From a bacterium (GTDB lineage Bacteria; Omnitrophota; Gorgyraeia; Aquiviventales; Aquiviventaceae): a stretch of 59,773 nt of DNA. Where the stretch lies: NCBI GenBank assembly GCA_036396895.1, contig DASWKB010000030.1:1-59773 (forward strand), written 5' to 3'. Of this stretch, positions 16,382 through 25,929 are shown one piece after another (the stretch's first letter is position 1; each line of letters begins with the position of its first letter). The notes under the pieces are model-generated. The model was not told the origin of the DNA, made no database searches, and saw nothing but the letters and a program-made list of their open reading frames with translations. Position numbers and translations under genes: made by a program.

Positions 16382-17599
16382 ATGAAACAGACAGTTCGTG
16401 ACATCGACGTCAAGGGCAAGCGGGTGCTGATCCGGGTGGATTTCAACGTGCCGCTCGAGAAGAGCTCGGGCGCGATCACGGACGACACCCGCATCAGGGA
16501 AAGCCTCCCGACCATCCGCCACTGCCTCGAGCAGGGCTCGCGGGTGATCCTCATGAGCCATTTGGGCCGCCCGAAGGGCCAGCGCGTGGCGTCCATGTCG
16601 CTGCGTCCCGTGGCGGAACGGCTGGGGGCGCTCGTGGGGCGCCCGGTGCGGTTTTCCGAGTCCGCCATCGGTCCGGAGGCCGAACGCGCGGTCTCGGCGC
16701 TGAAGCCCGGGGAACTGCTACTCTTGGAGAACCTGCGGTTCATGCCGGAGGAGGAGAAGAACGACCCCGGGCTGGCGCGGCAGCTGGCACGCCTCGGGGA
16801 CGTCTTCGTGAACGACGCGTTCGGGAGCGCGCACCGCGCGCATGCGTCGACCGAAGGCGTGGCGCACCATCTGCCCGCCGTCGCGGGATTCCTGATGGAG
16901 AAAGAGATCCGGTATCTCGATGAGGCGCTCGCCGAGCCTGCGCGGCCCTACGTCGCGATTCTCGGCGGGGCGAAAGTCTCGGACAAGATCGGCGTCCTCA
17001 CCCGGCTGCTCGAGCGGGTGGACCGCGTGCTGATCGGCGGCGGGATGGCCTACACGTTCCTCAAGGCGCAGGGGCGCGCGATCGGATCCTCGAAGCTCGA
17101 AGCGGACAAGGTGGAGCTGGCGGGCGCGCTGCTGGCGGACGCGGCGCGGCGGAAGGTCGAACTCGTGCTGCCGAGGGACCACGTCATCACGACGTCGCTC
17201 GAAGACGGCAGCGACATGCAGCGCACCGCAGGCGCGGACATTCCCGAGGGGTGGCTGGGCGCGGACATCGGCCCCGAGAGCGTGCGGGAGTTCCTGCGGG
17301 CGCTGGGGGGCGCCAAGACGGTGATCTGGAACGGCCCGGTCGGCGTGTTCGAGCAGCCGCGGTTCGCGGAGGGCAGCCTGGCCGTCGCCAGGGCGCTGGC
17401 CGCGCTCGATGGGACCACCGTCATCGGGGGCGGGGATACGGCCGCGTGCGTCCAGCAGTTCGGACTCGCGAAGACCATGAGCCATATCTCGACCGGCGGC
17501 GGGGCGTCGCTGGAATTTCTCGAGGGCAAGGTGCTGCCGGGGATCGCGATTCTCAGGGACCGCTCCGAAACGGCCGCGGCCCGTCCCGGAGCGCCGTGA
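16382..17599 (+). CDS. pgk: Phosphoglycerate kinase
   Basis: RVDFNVP, SHLGRP, LLENLRF, NDAFGSAHRAHAS, GGAKVSDKI, WNGPVGVFE, GGGDT, STGGGASLEFLEG. Confidence 0.99.
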   Translation: MKQTVRDIDVKGKRVLIRVDFNVPLEKSSGAITDDTRIRESLPTIRHCLEQGSRVILMSHLGRPKGQRVASMSLRPVAERLGALVGRPVRFSESAIGPEAERAVSALKPGELLLLENLRFMPEEEKNDPGLARQLARLGDVFVNDAFGSAHRAHASTEGVAHHLPAVAGFLMEKEIRYLDEALAEPARPYVAILGGAKVSDKIGVLTRLLERVDRVLIGGGMAYTFLKAQGRAIGSSKLEADKVELAGALLADAARRKVELVLPRDHVITTSLEDGSDMQRTAGADIPEGWLGADIGPESVREFLRALGGAKTVIWNGPVGVFEQPRFAEGSLAVARALAALDGTTVIGGGDTAACVQQFGLAKTMSHISTGGGASLEFLEGKVLPGIAILRDRSETAAARPGAP

Positions 17600-17600
17600 G

Positions 17601-18374
17601 ATGCGCCGGCCGATCGTCGCAGGCAACTGGAAGTGCCACCTGACCGTGCCGGAGGCCACCGAGCTCGTGCAGCAGCTCGTGTCCGGCTGCGACACGGACG
17701 CGGTGGACGTGGTGGTCTGTCCCGCGTTTACCGCGCTCGCGCCGGTGGGCGTCCTGCTGGAGGGTTCCGTGTTGCAGCTGGGAGCGCAGGACGTCTTCTG
17801 GGAGGCGCAGGGCGCGTTCACCGGCGAGGTGTCTCCCGCCATGCTCCGGGACGTCGGGTGCCGCTACGTGATCGTCGGGCATTCGGAGCGGCGGCGGGTG
17901 TTCGGCGAATCCGACGAGACGGTCCGGCGGAAACTGCGCGCGGTCTTCGCGCACAACCTCAAGCCGATCCTCTGCATCGGGGAGACGCTCGAGGAGCGCG
18001 AGGCGGGCCGCACGGCTGCGGTGCTGGAGCGCCAGCTGGAGGGCGCGCTCGAGGGGGCCGATCCCGCCGAGTGCGAGCGGCTCGTCGTGGCGTATGAGCC
18101 GGTTTGGGCGATCGGGACCGGGAGGCACGCCGCGCCCGAGCAGGCGCAGGAGGCGCATCAGACGATCCGCCGGTGGCTCGCCGGGCGGCTGGGCGAGCGG
18201 ACGGCCAAGTCGGTGCGGATTCAGTACGGCGGCAGCGTGACGGCGGTCAACGCCGGCGCGCTGCTCGGGCAGCCCGACGTGGACGGCGCGCTCGTGGGCG
18301 GGGCGAGCCTCAAGGCGGGCAGTTTCGGCACGATCGTGAAGGCGGCCCACGAAACGCAGGCGGTGAACCGGTGA
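17601..18374 (+). CDS. tpiA: Triosephosphate isomerase
   Basis: AGNWK, GHSERR, AYEPVWAIGTG, YGGSV, LVGGASL. Confidence 0.99.
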   Translation: MRRPIVAGNWKCHLTVPEATELVQQLVSGCDTDAVDVVVCPAFTALAPVGVLLEGSVLQLGAQDVFWEAQGAFTGEVSPAMLRDVGCRYVIVGHSERRRVFGESDETVRRKLRAVFAHNLKPILCIGETLEEREAGRTAAVLERQLEGALEGADPAECERLVVAYEPVWAIGTGRHAAPEQAQEAHQTIRRWLAGRLGERTAKSVRIQYGGSVTAVNAGALLGQPDVDGALVGGASLKAGSFGTIVKAAHETQAVNR

Positions 18375-18772
18375 TGTACTACGTGATTCTGGCGGTCCAT
18401 GTGCTCGTGTGTGTGTTGCTCATCGTCATCATCCTCGTGCAGGGCGGGCGGGGCGGGCTGGGCGAAGCGCTCGGCGGATCCGGTTCGCAGTCGCTCTTCG
18501 GCGGGGGCACGAACGTCGTGATCGCGAAAGTCACCGCCGTCGGCGGCGCCGTCTTCATGGCGACGTGCCTGACGCTGGCGCTCCTGTCGGCCGCGCGGGG
18601 CCGTTCGGTCATCGAACGGGTCCCGGCCACGCTGCCGGACGTGTTCCCGGCGGCGCTGCCGCAGGCAGATGCACAGCGGTTGCCGGCTCCTCCGGCGAGC
18701 GCCCAGCCGGAGCCGGAGGCGGCGGCTCCCGAGGGCACCCCGGAGCCGGCCGGGACTCTCACGCCGGAATAA
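18374..18772 (+). CDS. secG: Preprotein translocase subunit SecG with Pro/Ala-rich tail
   Basis: TM1, LVQGGRGGLG...GGSGSQSLFGG, TM2; canonical position after tpiA. Confidence 0.92.
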   Translation: MYYVILAVHVLVCVLLIVIILVQGGRGGLGEALGGSGSQSLFGGGTNVVIAKVTAVGGAVFMATCLTLALLSAARGRSVIERVPATLPDVFPAALPQADAQRLPAPPASAQPEPEAAAPEGTPEPAGTLTPE

Positions 18773-18777
18773 CCCCC

Positions 18778-20589
18778 GTGCGCGCGCCCACGCGTGGACA
18801 GTTCGACCCGGAGGAACGGCGCGCCCGTCCGGTCGGCCGGGCGGCGATGGTGTGCGCCCTGGCGGCGGCGCTGGCCGGATGCGGCGGACACCCCCGCGCG
18901 CCGGAGCCGCCGCAGGCGCCCGCGGACGCGCCGGAATCCTCCGGGACATCCGAACCGCGCGTCGGCGGCACGATCACCCTCTCAGCCACAGCGGACCCCA
19001 AATCCTTCAATCCCATCGTGGCCATGGAGACGTCCACCACGGCGGTGACGGGCCTGATCTTCGAAGGGCTCACCCGGACCAACGGGATCACGACGGAGGT
19101 GGAGCCCGCGCTGGCGGAATCCTGGGAGGTCAGCGAGGACGGTCTCCGATGGATCTTCCGGCTCCGGCGGGACGTCTCCTGGTCAGACGGCATGCCGTTC
19201 ACGTCCGAGGACGTCGTCTTCACCTACCGGGACCTGATCTTCAATCTCCAGGTTCCGTCCAGCTCCAGGGACATCTTCACCATCGAAGGCCGCCCGATCG
19301 AGGTCCGGGCCGTGGACCCCCACACGGTGGAGTTCGTCACGGCCACGCCCTTCGCGCCGTTTCTCAGGGCGCTCGGCCAGGAGATCCTGCCGGCGCACCG
19401 GCTTCGCCGGGCGGTGGCCGCGGGGACGTTCGCCTCGACTTTGGGTCTCGATACGCCGCCTGAGGACATCATCGGGACCGGCCCGTTCCGGCTCATCGAG
19501 TATCTCCCGGGGCAATACGCGCGCTTCGTGCGCAACGAGCGCTACTGGCGCCGGGACGCGGACGGCCGGGCGCTGCCGTATCTCGAGGAAGTGCGGATGA
19601 TGTTCGTCCAGAGCCCGGATGTGGCGCTCCTCAAGTTCCAGGAAGGGGAGCTGGACCTCTACAGCCTGCGCTCGTCGGACTACAAGATCCTGAAGCCGGG
19701 GGAGCGCGCAGGCGGCTACACGGTGTTTGAGCTGGGGCCCGCCTTCGGCACCAACTTCCTCGTGTTCAATCAGAACCGGTCGGCCAACCCCGAGACCGGG
19801 CGGGCGGCCGTCCCCCCGCACAAGCTGGCCTGGTTCACCGACCGCGCGTTCCGGCGGGCCGTGGCCCGCGCCATCGACAAACCGGGCATCATCGAGATCG
19901 TCATGGACGGCCTCGGCTATCCCCAGCACGGCCCCATGAGCCCCTCGGCGGGCGCGTTTTACACCCCGGACGTGCCGGCGTATCCCTATGACGTGGCGCG
20001 CGCGCGCGCGGCGCTCGCGGAGGCGGGGTACCGCGATACCGACGGCGACGGGATCGTCGAGGATCCGGGCGGGCGGAAGGTCGAGTTCACGCTCTTCACG
20101 AACGCGGACAACACCGACCGGGTGCAGATCGCCAACTTGATCCGCAAGGACCTGGAGCGCCTCGGATTCAAGGTTCATTTCACGCAGCTGGAGTTCAACG
20201 CGCTTGTGACGAAACTGAACGCGACCTACGACTGGGATGCCATCATCATCGGCCTGACGGGAGGGATCGAACCTCATTTCGGCAAAAATGTCTGGCACTC
20301 GAGCGGCCATCTGCACATGTGGCATCCACGGCAGCCGGAGCCCGCCGCTCCGTGGGAAGCCGAGATCGACCGGATCTTCGACCGTGCGGTCCAGGAGCTC
20401 GACCCCGCCGCGCGCAAGGCGCTGTACGACCGCTGGCAGGTCATCGTCGCTGAGGAGCTGCCCGTCATCTACACGGTCCTGCCGCCGGCGCTGACCGCGG
20501 TGCGCGACCGGTTCGGCAATCTCCGCCCCACGGCCTTCGGGGGCGCCCTGCACAACCTCGAGGAACTGTACGTGCTCGACGGCCAATGA
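18778..20589 (+). CDS. ABC transporter substrate-binding lipoprotein (family 5, OppA/DppA-like)
   Basis: Lipobox LAGC, DPKSFNP, LAESWE, WSDGMPFTSEDVVFT, GTGPFRL, FRRAVARAID. Start GTG 18778 or ATG 18847. Confidence 0.92.
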   Translation: MRAPTRGQFDPEERRARPVGRAAMVCALAAALAGCGGHPRAPEPPQAPADAPESSGTSEPRVGGTITLSATADPKSFNPIVAMETSTTAVTGLIFEGLTRTNGITTEVEPALAESWEVSEDGLRWIFRLRRDVSWSDGMPFTSEDVVFTYRDLIFNLQVPSSSRDIFTIEGRPIEVRAVDPHTVEFVTATPFAPFLRALGQEILPAHRLRRAVAAGTFASTLGLDTPPEDIIGTGPFRLIEYLPGQYARFVRNERYWRRDADGRALPYLEEVRMMFVQSPDVALLKFQEGELDLYSLRSSDYKILKPGERAGGYTVFELGPAFGTNFLVFNQNRSANPETGRAAVPPHKLAWFTDRAFRRAVARAIDKPGIIEIVMDGLGYPQHGPMSPSAGAFYTPDVPAYPYDVARARAALAEAGYRDTDGDGIVEDPGGRKVEFTLFTNADNTDRVQIANLIRKDLERLGFKVHFTQLEFNALVTKLNATYDWDAIIIGLTGGIEPHFGKNVWHSSGHLHMWHPRQPEPAAPWEAEIDRIFDRAVQELDPAARKALYDRWQVIVAEELPVIYTVLPPALTAVRDRFGNLRPTAFGGALHNLEELYVLDGQ

Positions 20590-20591
20590 TT

Positions 20592-20843
20592 CCACAGAGA
20601 CACAGAGCGGAACGTCCGAGTACACCACAGATGTCACAGAGTGCGCTCGGAAATTTGATGAAGGTTTCCATGTTGAAACTTCTATTTCTACCTTCCACCG
20701 TCCACCTTCCACCTTCCACCTTCTTGCGTGGATGTCATGGTCCAATGCCCCATTCCCCGTGCCCCGATCTCAGACGGACTGACGGACCTGACGGACCTGA
20801 CGGACCTGACGGAACCGACGGAATAGACGGAACCGACGGACTC
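20592..20843. repeat. Composite array: CACAGAG nonamers, TTCCACC heptamers, CCCCGTG heptamers, 8 GACGGA nonamers
   Basis: CCACAGAGA CACAGAG...CCACAGATG TCACAGAG; TTCTACC TTCCACC GTCCACC TTCCACC TTCCACC (20686-720); TCCAATG CCCCATT CCCCGTG CCCCG; GACGGACCT x3 and variants (20773-843). Confidence 0.9.
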
Positions 20844-20897
20844 CGGTCCCGTCTCGCCATCCCGGCGTGGTGGCAACAGTGATCTGAGGCTCCCGAG

Positions 20898-21869
20898 ATG
20901 CTGCAATACGTCGTCCGGCGTGTCATCGTGGCGATCCCGCTGCTGTTGGCGATGTCGTTCGTGACCTTCATGTTCATCCAGGCCGCGCCGGGCGATTACT
21001 TCGATCTCCTCCGCCAGAATCCCCAAATCTCCGAGGCGGTGATTGACGCGCTCCGGGCGCAGTACCGCCTGGATCAGCCGCCGCTCATCCAGTACGGCTC
21101 ATGGCTGTGGCATCTTCTGCAGGGGGACCTGGGGTACTCGTTCGCGTATAAGGCGCCGGTCGCCGCCGTCATCGCCGGCCGGATCGGCAATACGCTCATC
21201 CTCACGGGCGTGGCGATGATCCTCGCCTGGCTGATGGCGATTCCGCTGGGCATTTACGGGGCGTTCCGTCACCAGACCGCTGCTGACCGCGCGCTCAGCT
21301 TCTTCGCCTACGTCGGGATGTCGATCCCGAATTTCTTCCTGGCGCTCCTCCTCCTCTACCTGGCGTCGCTGACCGGCTGGCTTCCCCTGGGCGGGATGCG
21401 CTCGGCGGGCTTCGCGGCGCTGTCCTGGCCGTCGAAGGTGGGGGACCTGGCCGCCCACCTGGCGATTCCGGCGCTCGTCATCTCCACGGCCTCGCTGGCG
21501 GGACTGCAGCGGCTCATGCGCGGCAACACGCTCGAAGTGCTCCGGGCGCCGTTCGTCGTGACCGCACGCGCCAAGGGGCTCACCGAGCGCCGCGTCCGGT
21601 ACGTGCACGTCCTGCGCAACGCGATCAATCCGATGATCACGATCTTCGGCTACGAGCTCTCCTCGCTGCTGGGCGGAGCGGCGCTGACGGAGATCATCTG
21701 CAGCTGGCCGGGGCTGGGCTCGCTCATGCTCGGCGCCGTCCGGCAGCAGGACCTGTTTCTGGTCATGGGCAGCATGCTGATGGGCGGGATCATGCTGCTC
21801 GGCGGCAACCTGATTGCGGACCTGCTGCTGGCGTGGTCGGATCCCCGGATTCGCTATGGGCGCATCTGA
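20898..21869 (+). CDS. Peptide/nickel ABC permease (OppB-like)
   Basis: QYGSWLWHLLQGDLGYS, ARAKGL EAA loop, HVLRNA, EIICSWPGLG. Confidence 0.94.
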   Translation: MLQYVVRRVIVAIPLLLAMSFVTFMFIQAAPGDYFDLLRQNPQISEAVIDALRAQYRLDQPPLIQYGSWLWHLLQGDLGYSFAYKAPVAAVIAGRIGNTLILTGVAMILAWLMAIPLGIYGAFRHQTAADRALSFFAYVGMSIPNFFLALLLLYLASLTGWLPLGGMRSAGFAALSWPSKVGDLAAHLAIPALVISTASLAGLQRLMRGNTLEVLRAPFVVTARAKGLTERRVRYVHVLRNAINPMITIFGYELSSLLGGAALTEIICSWPGLGSLMLGAVRQQDLFLVMGSMLMGGIMLLGGNLIADLLLAWSDPRIRYGRI

Positions 21870-22956
21870 GCGGGTCGGCGTCAGCCCCCTCCGGCGGGGG
21901 CTCGGGCGCCTGCGGCGCAACGGGGTGGCGATGGCGAGCGCGGTGGCGCTGGGCGCGATGTACCTGGCGGCCGCGGCGGCGGGCTTCGTGGCGCCGTACC
22001 ATTACGACGACGAGCGGCGCGATCTCTCCTACCATCCGCCGAGCGCCGTCCGCGTCGTGGACGCGGAGGGCCGCTGGCGCCGCCCGTTCGTGTACGCCAC
22101 GACGATGGAGTTCGACGCCTACCGGCGCCGGCACGTCACCGAGGACCGGACCCGGCGCTATCCCATCGGGTTCTTCGTCCGCGGCGAGCCGTACCGCCTC
22201 TTCTGGCTGATCCCCTGCGACCGGCACCTGTTCGGCGTGGCGGCGCCCGCGCGGCTGTATGTGGCCGGCGCGGATTCCCGGGGCCGTGATCTCTTCAGCC
22301 GATTGGTGTCCGGGTCTCAGGTGTCGCTCTCGATCGGCCTGGTCGGCGTGTGCGTCACGTTCACGCTGGGCATGTTCGTGGGGGGGCTGGCAGGGTTCTA
22401 CGGGGGCTGGGCGGACGAGCTCATCATGCGGCTGTGCGAGATGATCATGATGATCCCGGGCTTCTATCTCCTCCTGGCGTTGCGCGCGGCGTTCCCGCCC
22501 GAGCTGTCCTCGGTCGAGGTGTACGTGCTCATCGTCATCATGATGTCGTTCATCGGCTGGGCGGGCCTGGCCCGCGTCATCCGGGGGATGGTGCTGTCGC
22601 TCCGGGAGCGGGAGTACGTCGTGGCGGCGCGCGCGGCGGGGCGGGGGTCCGTCGGCATCGTCTTCAGCCACCTCTTGCCGAACACGGTCTCGTACGCGGT
22701 GGTGGCGGCCACGCTGTCCGTGCCCGGATACATCCTGGGGGAGAGCGCGCTCAGCCTGCTCGGACTCGGCATTCAGGACCCGCACGCCAGCTGGGGGAAT
22801 TTATTGTCCGAAGCGATGAACGTTTCGCAGCTGGCGTTTCACCCCTGGGTGCTGTGGCCCGGCGTGTGCATCTTCGCGACGGTGATGGCGTACAACTTCC
22901 TCGGGGACGGGTTGCGGGACGCGTTCGACCCACGGCTGGAAACGGCCCGCCGTTAA
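21856..22956 (+). CDS. Peptide/nickel ABC permease (OppC-like)
   Basis: GADSRGRDLFSRL, EYVVAARAAG, HLLPN, ESALSLLGLG, NFLGDGLRDAFDP. Confidence 0.94.
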   Translation: MGASERVGVSPLRRGLGRLRRNGVAMASAVALGAMYLAAAAAGFVAPYHYDDERRDLSYHPPSAVRVVDAEGRWRRPFVYATTMEFDAYRRRHVTEDRTRRYPIGFFVRGEPYRLFWLIPCDRHLFGVAAPARLYVAGADSRGRDLFSRLVSGSQVSLSIGLVGVCVTFTLGMFVGGLAGFYGGWADELIMRLCEMIMMIPGFYLLLALRAAFPPELSSVEVYVLIVIMMSFIGWAGLARVIRGMVLSLREREYVVAARAAGRGSVGIVFSHLLPNTVSYAVVAATLSVPGYILGESALSLLGLGIQDPHASWGNLLSEAMNVSQLAFHPWVLWPGVCIFATVMAYNFLGDGLRDAFDPRLETARR

Positions 22957-22969
22957 TCGAAAACAACCA

Positions 22970-23058
22970 TGCCAAATTCGGAATGCGGAATGCGGAATTC
23001 GGAATGGGCGTTCACAGGAATCATTCCGCATTCCCAATTCCGAATTCCGCATTTGGCA
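22970..23058. repeat. Inverted heptamer array (CGGAATT/CGGAATG type)
   Basis: tgccaaat TCGGAAT GCGGAAT GCGGAAT TCGGAAT ... CATTCCG CATTCCC AATTCCG AATTCCG catttggca; terminal tgccaaat/atttggca inverted. Confidence 0.9.
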
Positions 23059-23104
23059 ATCATGCCGCAGACGATGGAGGGTGCGCGCATTCGGATGACT
23101 GGAG

Positions 23105-24079
23105 ATGGCGGCGCTGCTTGAAATCGAAGGTCTCCACGTGCTGTTCCGGACCGACCGCGGCCTCGTGCGGGCGGTCAACGGGGCGAGCCTTCGCGTCGGC
23201 GAGGGAGACACCGTCGGGCTGGTGGGGGAGTCCGGCTGCGGCAAGAGCGTCACGGCCTCAGCCGTGCTGGGGCTGGTGCCGTCGCCGCCGGGGGAGCTCG
23301 CGGCGGGGCGGATTCTGTTCGACGGCCGCGATCTCGCGCGGGCATCCCGGGAGGAGCTGCGCCGCGTGCGGGGCGCCAAGATCGGCATGGTGTTCCAGGA
23401 CCCGCTCAGCGCGCTCAATCCCGTGCTCACCATCGAGGCGCAGCTGACGGAAACGCTGCACGCGCACGAGCGGCTCAGCCGGGCGGACGCGCGCGCGCGG
23501 GCGCTGGAGGCGCTCCGGGACGTGGGGCTGCCGGATCCGGCGCAGCATCTCAAGGCCTACCCGCACCAGCTCTCGGGAGGGATGCGCCAGCGGGTGATGA
23601 TCGCCATGGCGATCGTGCTGCGCCCGGCGCTGCTCATTGCGGATGAGCCGACGACCGCGCTCGATGTCACGGTGCAGGCGCAGCTCATCGCGCTCCTGCG
23701 GGAGCTAAAGCGGCGGCATCGCATGGCGATGCTGCTGATCAGCCACGATCTCGGCGTCGTCGTCCAGCTGGCGGAGCGCATCGCCGTGATGTACGCGGGC
23801 CATGTCGTCGAAGAAGCACCGACGGTCGAGTTGTTCCGCCGGCCCCGGCATCCGTACACCCGGGGCCTGCTGGAGGCGGTGCCGGGACGCGGCACTCCGG
23901 CGCGGGGAATCCCCGGCGCCGTGCCGGATGCGGCGGCGCTGCCGGGCGGGTGCCCGTTTCATCCGCGCTGCCCGCGCGCGCAGACGCGCTGCCGCGAGGT
24001 GTTCCCGGACGATACCGGATCGCTCGGGCGCCGCTTCGCCTGCCACAATCCCGAGCCGGAGCCGCCCGATGGCGCTTGA
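23105..24079 (+). CDS. Peptide ABC ATPase (OppD-like)
   Basis: [38 protein letters not shown], Cys-rich C-terminus. Confidence 0.95.
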   Translation: MAALLEIEGLHVLFRTDRGLVRAVNGASLRVGEGDTVGLVGESGCGKSVTASAVLGLVPSPPGELAAGRILFDGRDLARASREELRRVRGAKIGMVFQDPLSALNPVLTIEAQLTETLHAHERLSRADARARALEALRDVGLPDPAQHLKAYPHQLSGGMRQRVMIAMAIVLRPALLIADEPTTALDVTVQAQLIALLRELKRRHRMAMLLISHDLGVVVQLAERIAVMYAGHVVEEAPTVELFRRPRHPYTRGLLEAVPGRGTPARGIPGAVPDAAALPGGCPFHPRCPRAQTRCREVFPDDTGSLGRRFACHNPEPEPPDGA

Positions 24080-25028
24080 GGCGCGGGGGCTCACCAAGCG
24101 GTTCCCGGTCCTCGGCGGGCTGATGCGGCGGCCCACGGCGTGGGTCCGCGCCGTCGACCGGGTGACGCTGACGCTCGACCGGGGCGAGACGCTGGGCGTG
24201 GTGGGAGAGAGCGGCTGCGGCAAGACCACCCTGGGCCGGCTGGTGCTGGGGCTGCTCCGTCCCGAGGAGGGCGAGGTGATGCTGGACGGAGCGCCGCTCG
24301 GGCGCGCGCTGCGCGACGACGCCCGCGGGACGCGCCGCCGCATGCAGATCATCTTTCAGGATCCGCTGGACTCCCTCGATCCCCGCTGGACGATCGCGCA
24401 GAGCATCGCCGAGCCGCTTCGGGCCTGCGGCGGCTTCGGCGCGCGCGAGCTCCGCCGGCGGGTGCGGGAGGCGCTGGAGTCCGTGCAGCTGGCGGAGGAC
24501 CTCGCGCAGGCCTATCCGCACGAGCTGAGCGGCGGCCAGCGCCAGCGCGCGGGAATCGCGCGCGCGGTCGCCGTCGAGCCGGCGTACATCGTCTGCGATG
24601 AGCCCGTGAGCTCGCTGGACCTCTCCATTCAGGCGCAGGTCCTCGACGTGCTCCTCCGGCTCCAGCGCGAGCGGAACATCGGGTATCTGTTCATTTCCCA
24701 CGACCTGGGCGTCGTCGAAGCGGTGAGCCGCCGGGTGGCGGTGATGTATCTCGGCGCCGTCGTCGAACTCGCGCCGGCCGGCGAGCTGCTGCGCCGCCCG
24801 TGGCATCCCTACACGGAGGCGCTGCTGGCGGCGGTGCCGCGGCCGGATCCCGACGCGGCCGGCGGCGTCCAGCCCCTGGGCGGGGAGCCCCCCTCGGCGG
24901 CGCAGCTGCCGTCCGGGTGCCGTTTCAGGACGCGCTGTCCGCTCGCCGAGGAGCGCTGCGCAAGGGAAGAGCCGCCCCTCGTTGAGAAGGAACCCGGGCG
25001 CTTCGTCGCGTGCCATTTCCGCCCGTAA
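24069..25028 (+). CDS. Peptide ABC ATPase (OppF-like)
   Basis: GESGCGKT, YPHELSGGQRQR, CDEPVSSLDLSIQAQV, HPYTEALL, VACH. Confidence 0.95.
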   Translation: MALEARGLTKRFPVLGGLMRRPTAWVRAVDRVTLTLDRGETLGVVGESGCGKTTLGRLVLGLLRPEEGEVMLDGAPLGRALRDDARGTRRRMQIIFQDPLDSLDPRWTIAQSIAEPLRACGGFGARELRRRVREALESVQLAEDLAQAYPHELSGGQRQRAGIARAVAVEPAYIVCDEPVSSLDLSIQAQVLDVLLRLQRERNIGYLFISHDLGVVEAVSRRVAVMYLGAVVELAPAGELLRRPWHPYTEALLAAVPRPDPDAAGGVQPLGGEPPSAAQLPSGCRFRTRCPLAEERCAREEPPLVEKEPGRFVACHFRP

Positions 25029-25038
25029 CACTTCTTGA

Positions 25039-25217
25039 GGGGCGCGGGGCGAGCGGGCATGAGATGATAGAAGATGGATGGTAGAAGGTAGAAGGTGGAC
25101 GGCAGAAGGTAGAAGATGGACACACATGCTGCTTGTTCTACCTTCTAGCGTCCATCTTTTATTTTCTACGTCACGTGCGATGGGTAACCGACGACGAACG
25201 ATGGACGACGGACGAGC
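25039..25217. repeat. Inverted heptamer array (GAAGGTA type) with flanking arrays
   Basis: GGGGCGC GGGGCGA; 8 GAAGGTA-type units (25063-118); TTCTACC TTCTAGC GTCCATC TTTTATT TTCTACG (25136-170); then CGACGAC GAACGAT GGACGAC GGACGAG. Confidence 0.85.
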
Positions 25218-25245
25218 ATGATCAACCCTTATGAAATCGCACAGC

Positions 25246-25275
25246 TTGCGCATGCACATCACTCATCGCTATAAT
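25246..25275 (+). promoter_or_regulatory. Putative sigma70 promoter for marC-thiG unit
   Basis: TTGCGC (25246-51), 18 nt, TATAAT (25270-75). Confidence 0.55.
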
Positions 25276-25332
25276 ACGACCTTACATCTCGTCGCCGCCC
25301 CGGACCGCTAGGGGACGACGACGGGACTCCCC

Positions 25333-25908
25333 ATGGACCAGCTCTGGCACGCGAGTCTTCCGCTCTTCGTCGCGCTGGACGGCGTCGGGCTGCTGCCGGT
25401 CTTCTGGGCGCTCTCGCATCACTTGACCCCGCGGGAACGCCGGCGCGCGGCGGCCGAGGCCGTCATCACGGCGCTCCTGGTGACGCTGGCGTTTCTGCTT
25501 GTGAGCGGGTCGGTGTTCGCGCTCATGGGCCTGACGCTCTCGGACATCATGATCGCCGGCGGGGCGATCCTGATCGTGCTGTGCCTGCGCGATCTGCTGC
25601 TGTCCGACAAACCGGCGCCATCGGGCATCGCGGCGCCGGGCGTCGTGCCGCTGGGCGTGCCGCTCTTGGCGGGGCCGGCGGTGCTCACGACGGTCCTCCT
25701 GGTCCGGGACCAGCACGGCTGGCTGCTGACCCTGATCGCGCTGGCGCTGAACATGCTCATCGTGTGGGTGATCCTTCGGTATTCCGGCACGCTGCTGCGA
25801 TGGCTGGGACGGGACGGCGCGCAGGTCATCTCGAAGATCTTCAGTCTGATTCTGACTGCGTACGGCGTCATGCTGATCCGGCGGGGGCTGGTGGCCGTGC
25901 TCGGGTGA
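25333..25908 (+). CDS. MarC family integral membrane protein
   Basis: LFVALDGVGLLPVF, IAGGAIL, VVPLGVPLLAGPAVLTT, KIFSLIL. Confidence 0.9.
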   Translation: MDQLWHASLPLFVALDGVGLLPVFWALSHHLTPRERRRAAAEAVITALLVTLAFLLVSGSVFALMGLTLSDIMIAGGAILIVLCLRDLLLSDKPAPSGIAAPGVVPLGVPLLAGPAVLTTVLLVRDQHGWLLTLIALALNMLIVWVILRYSGTLLRWLGRDGAQVISKIFSLILTAYGVMLIRRGLVAVLG

Positions 25909-25929
25909 GAACGACGACGGAGGAGTATC

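Noticed and set aside
20773-20843. Possible CRISPR array
   Set aside because: Contiguous 9-nt units without unique spacers, and no cas genes in the window.
20586-20882. Short ORFs over the repeat arrays (8038-8223, 11155-11388, 16087-16281, 20586-20882, 20735-20977, and an unlisted ORF from 22969)
   Set aside because: Translations simply mirror the 7/9-nt periodicity (e.g. TDGPDGPDG, PSTFHL); no SD or coding support.
25218-25274. Small ORF MINPYEIAQLAHAHHSSL after the heptamer tract
   Set aside because: 18 codons, overlaps the predicted promoter, no recognisable similarity.
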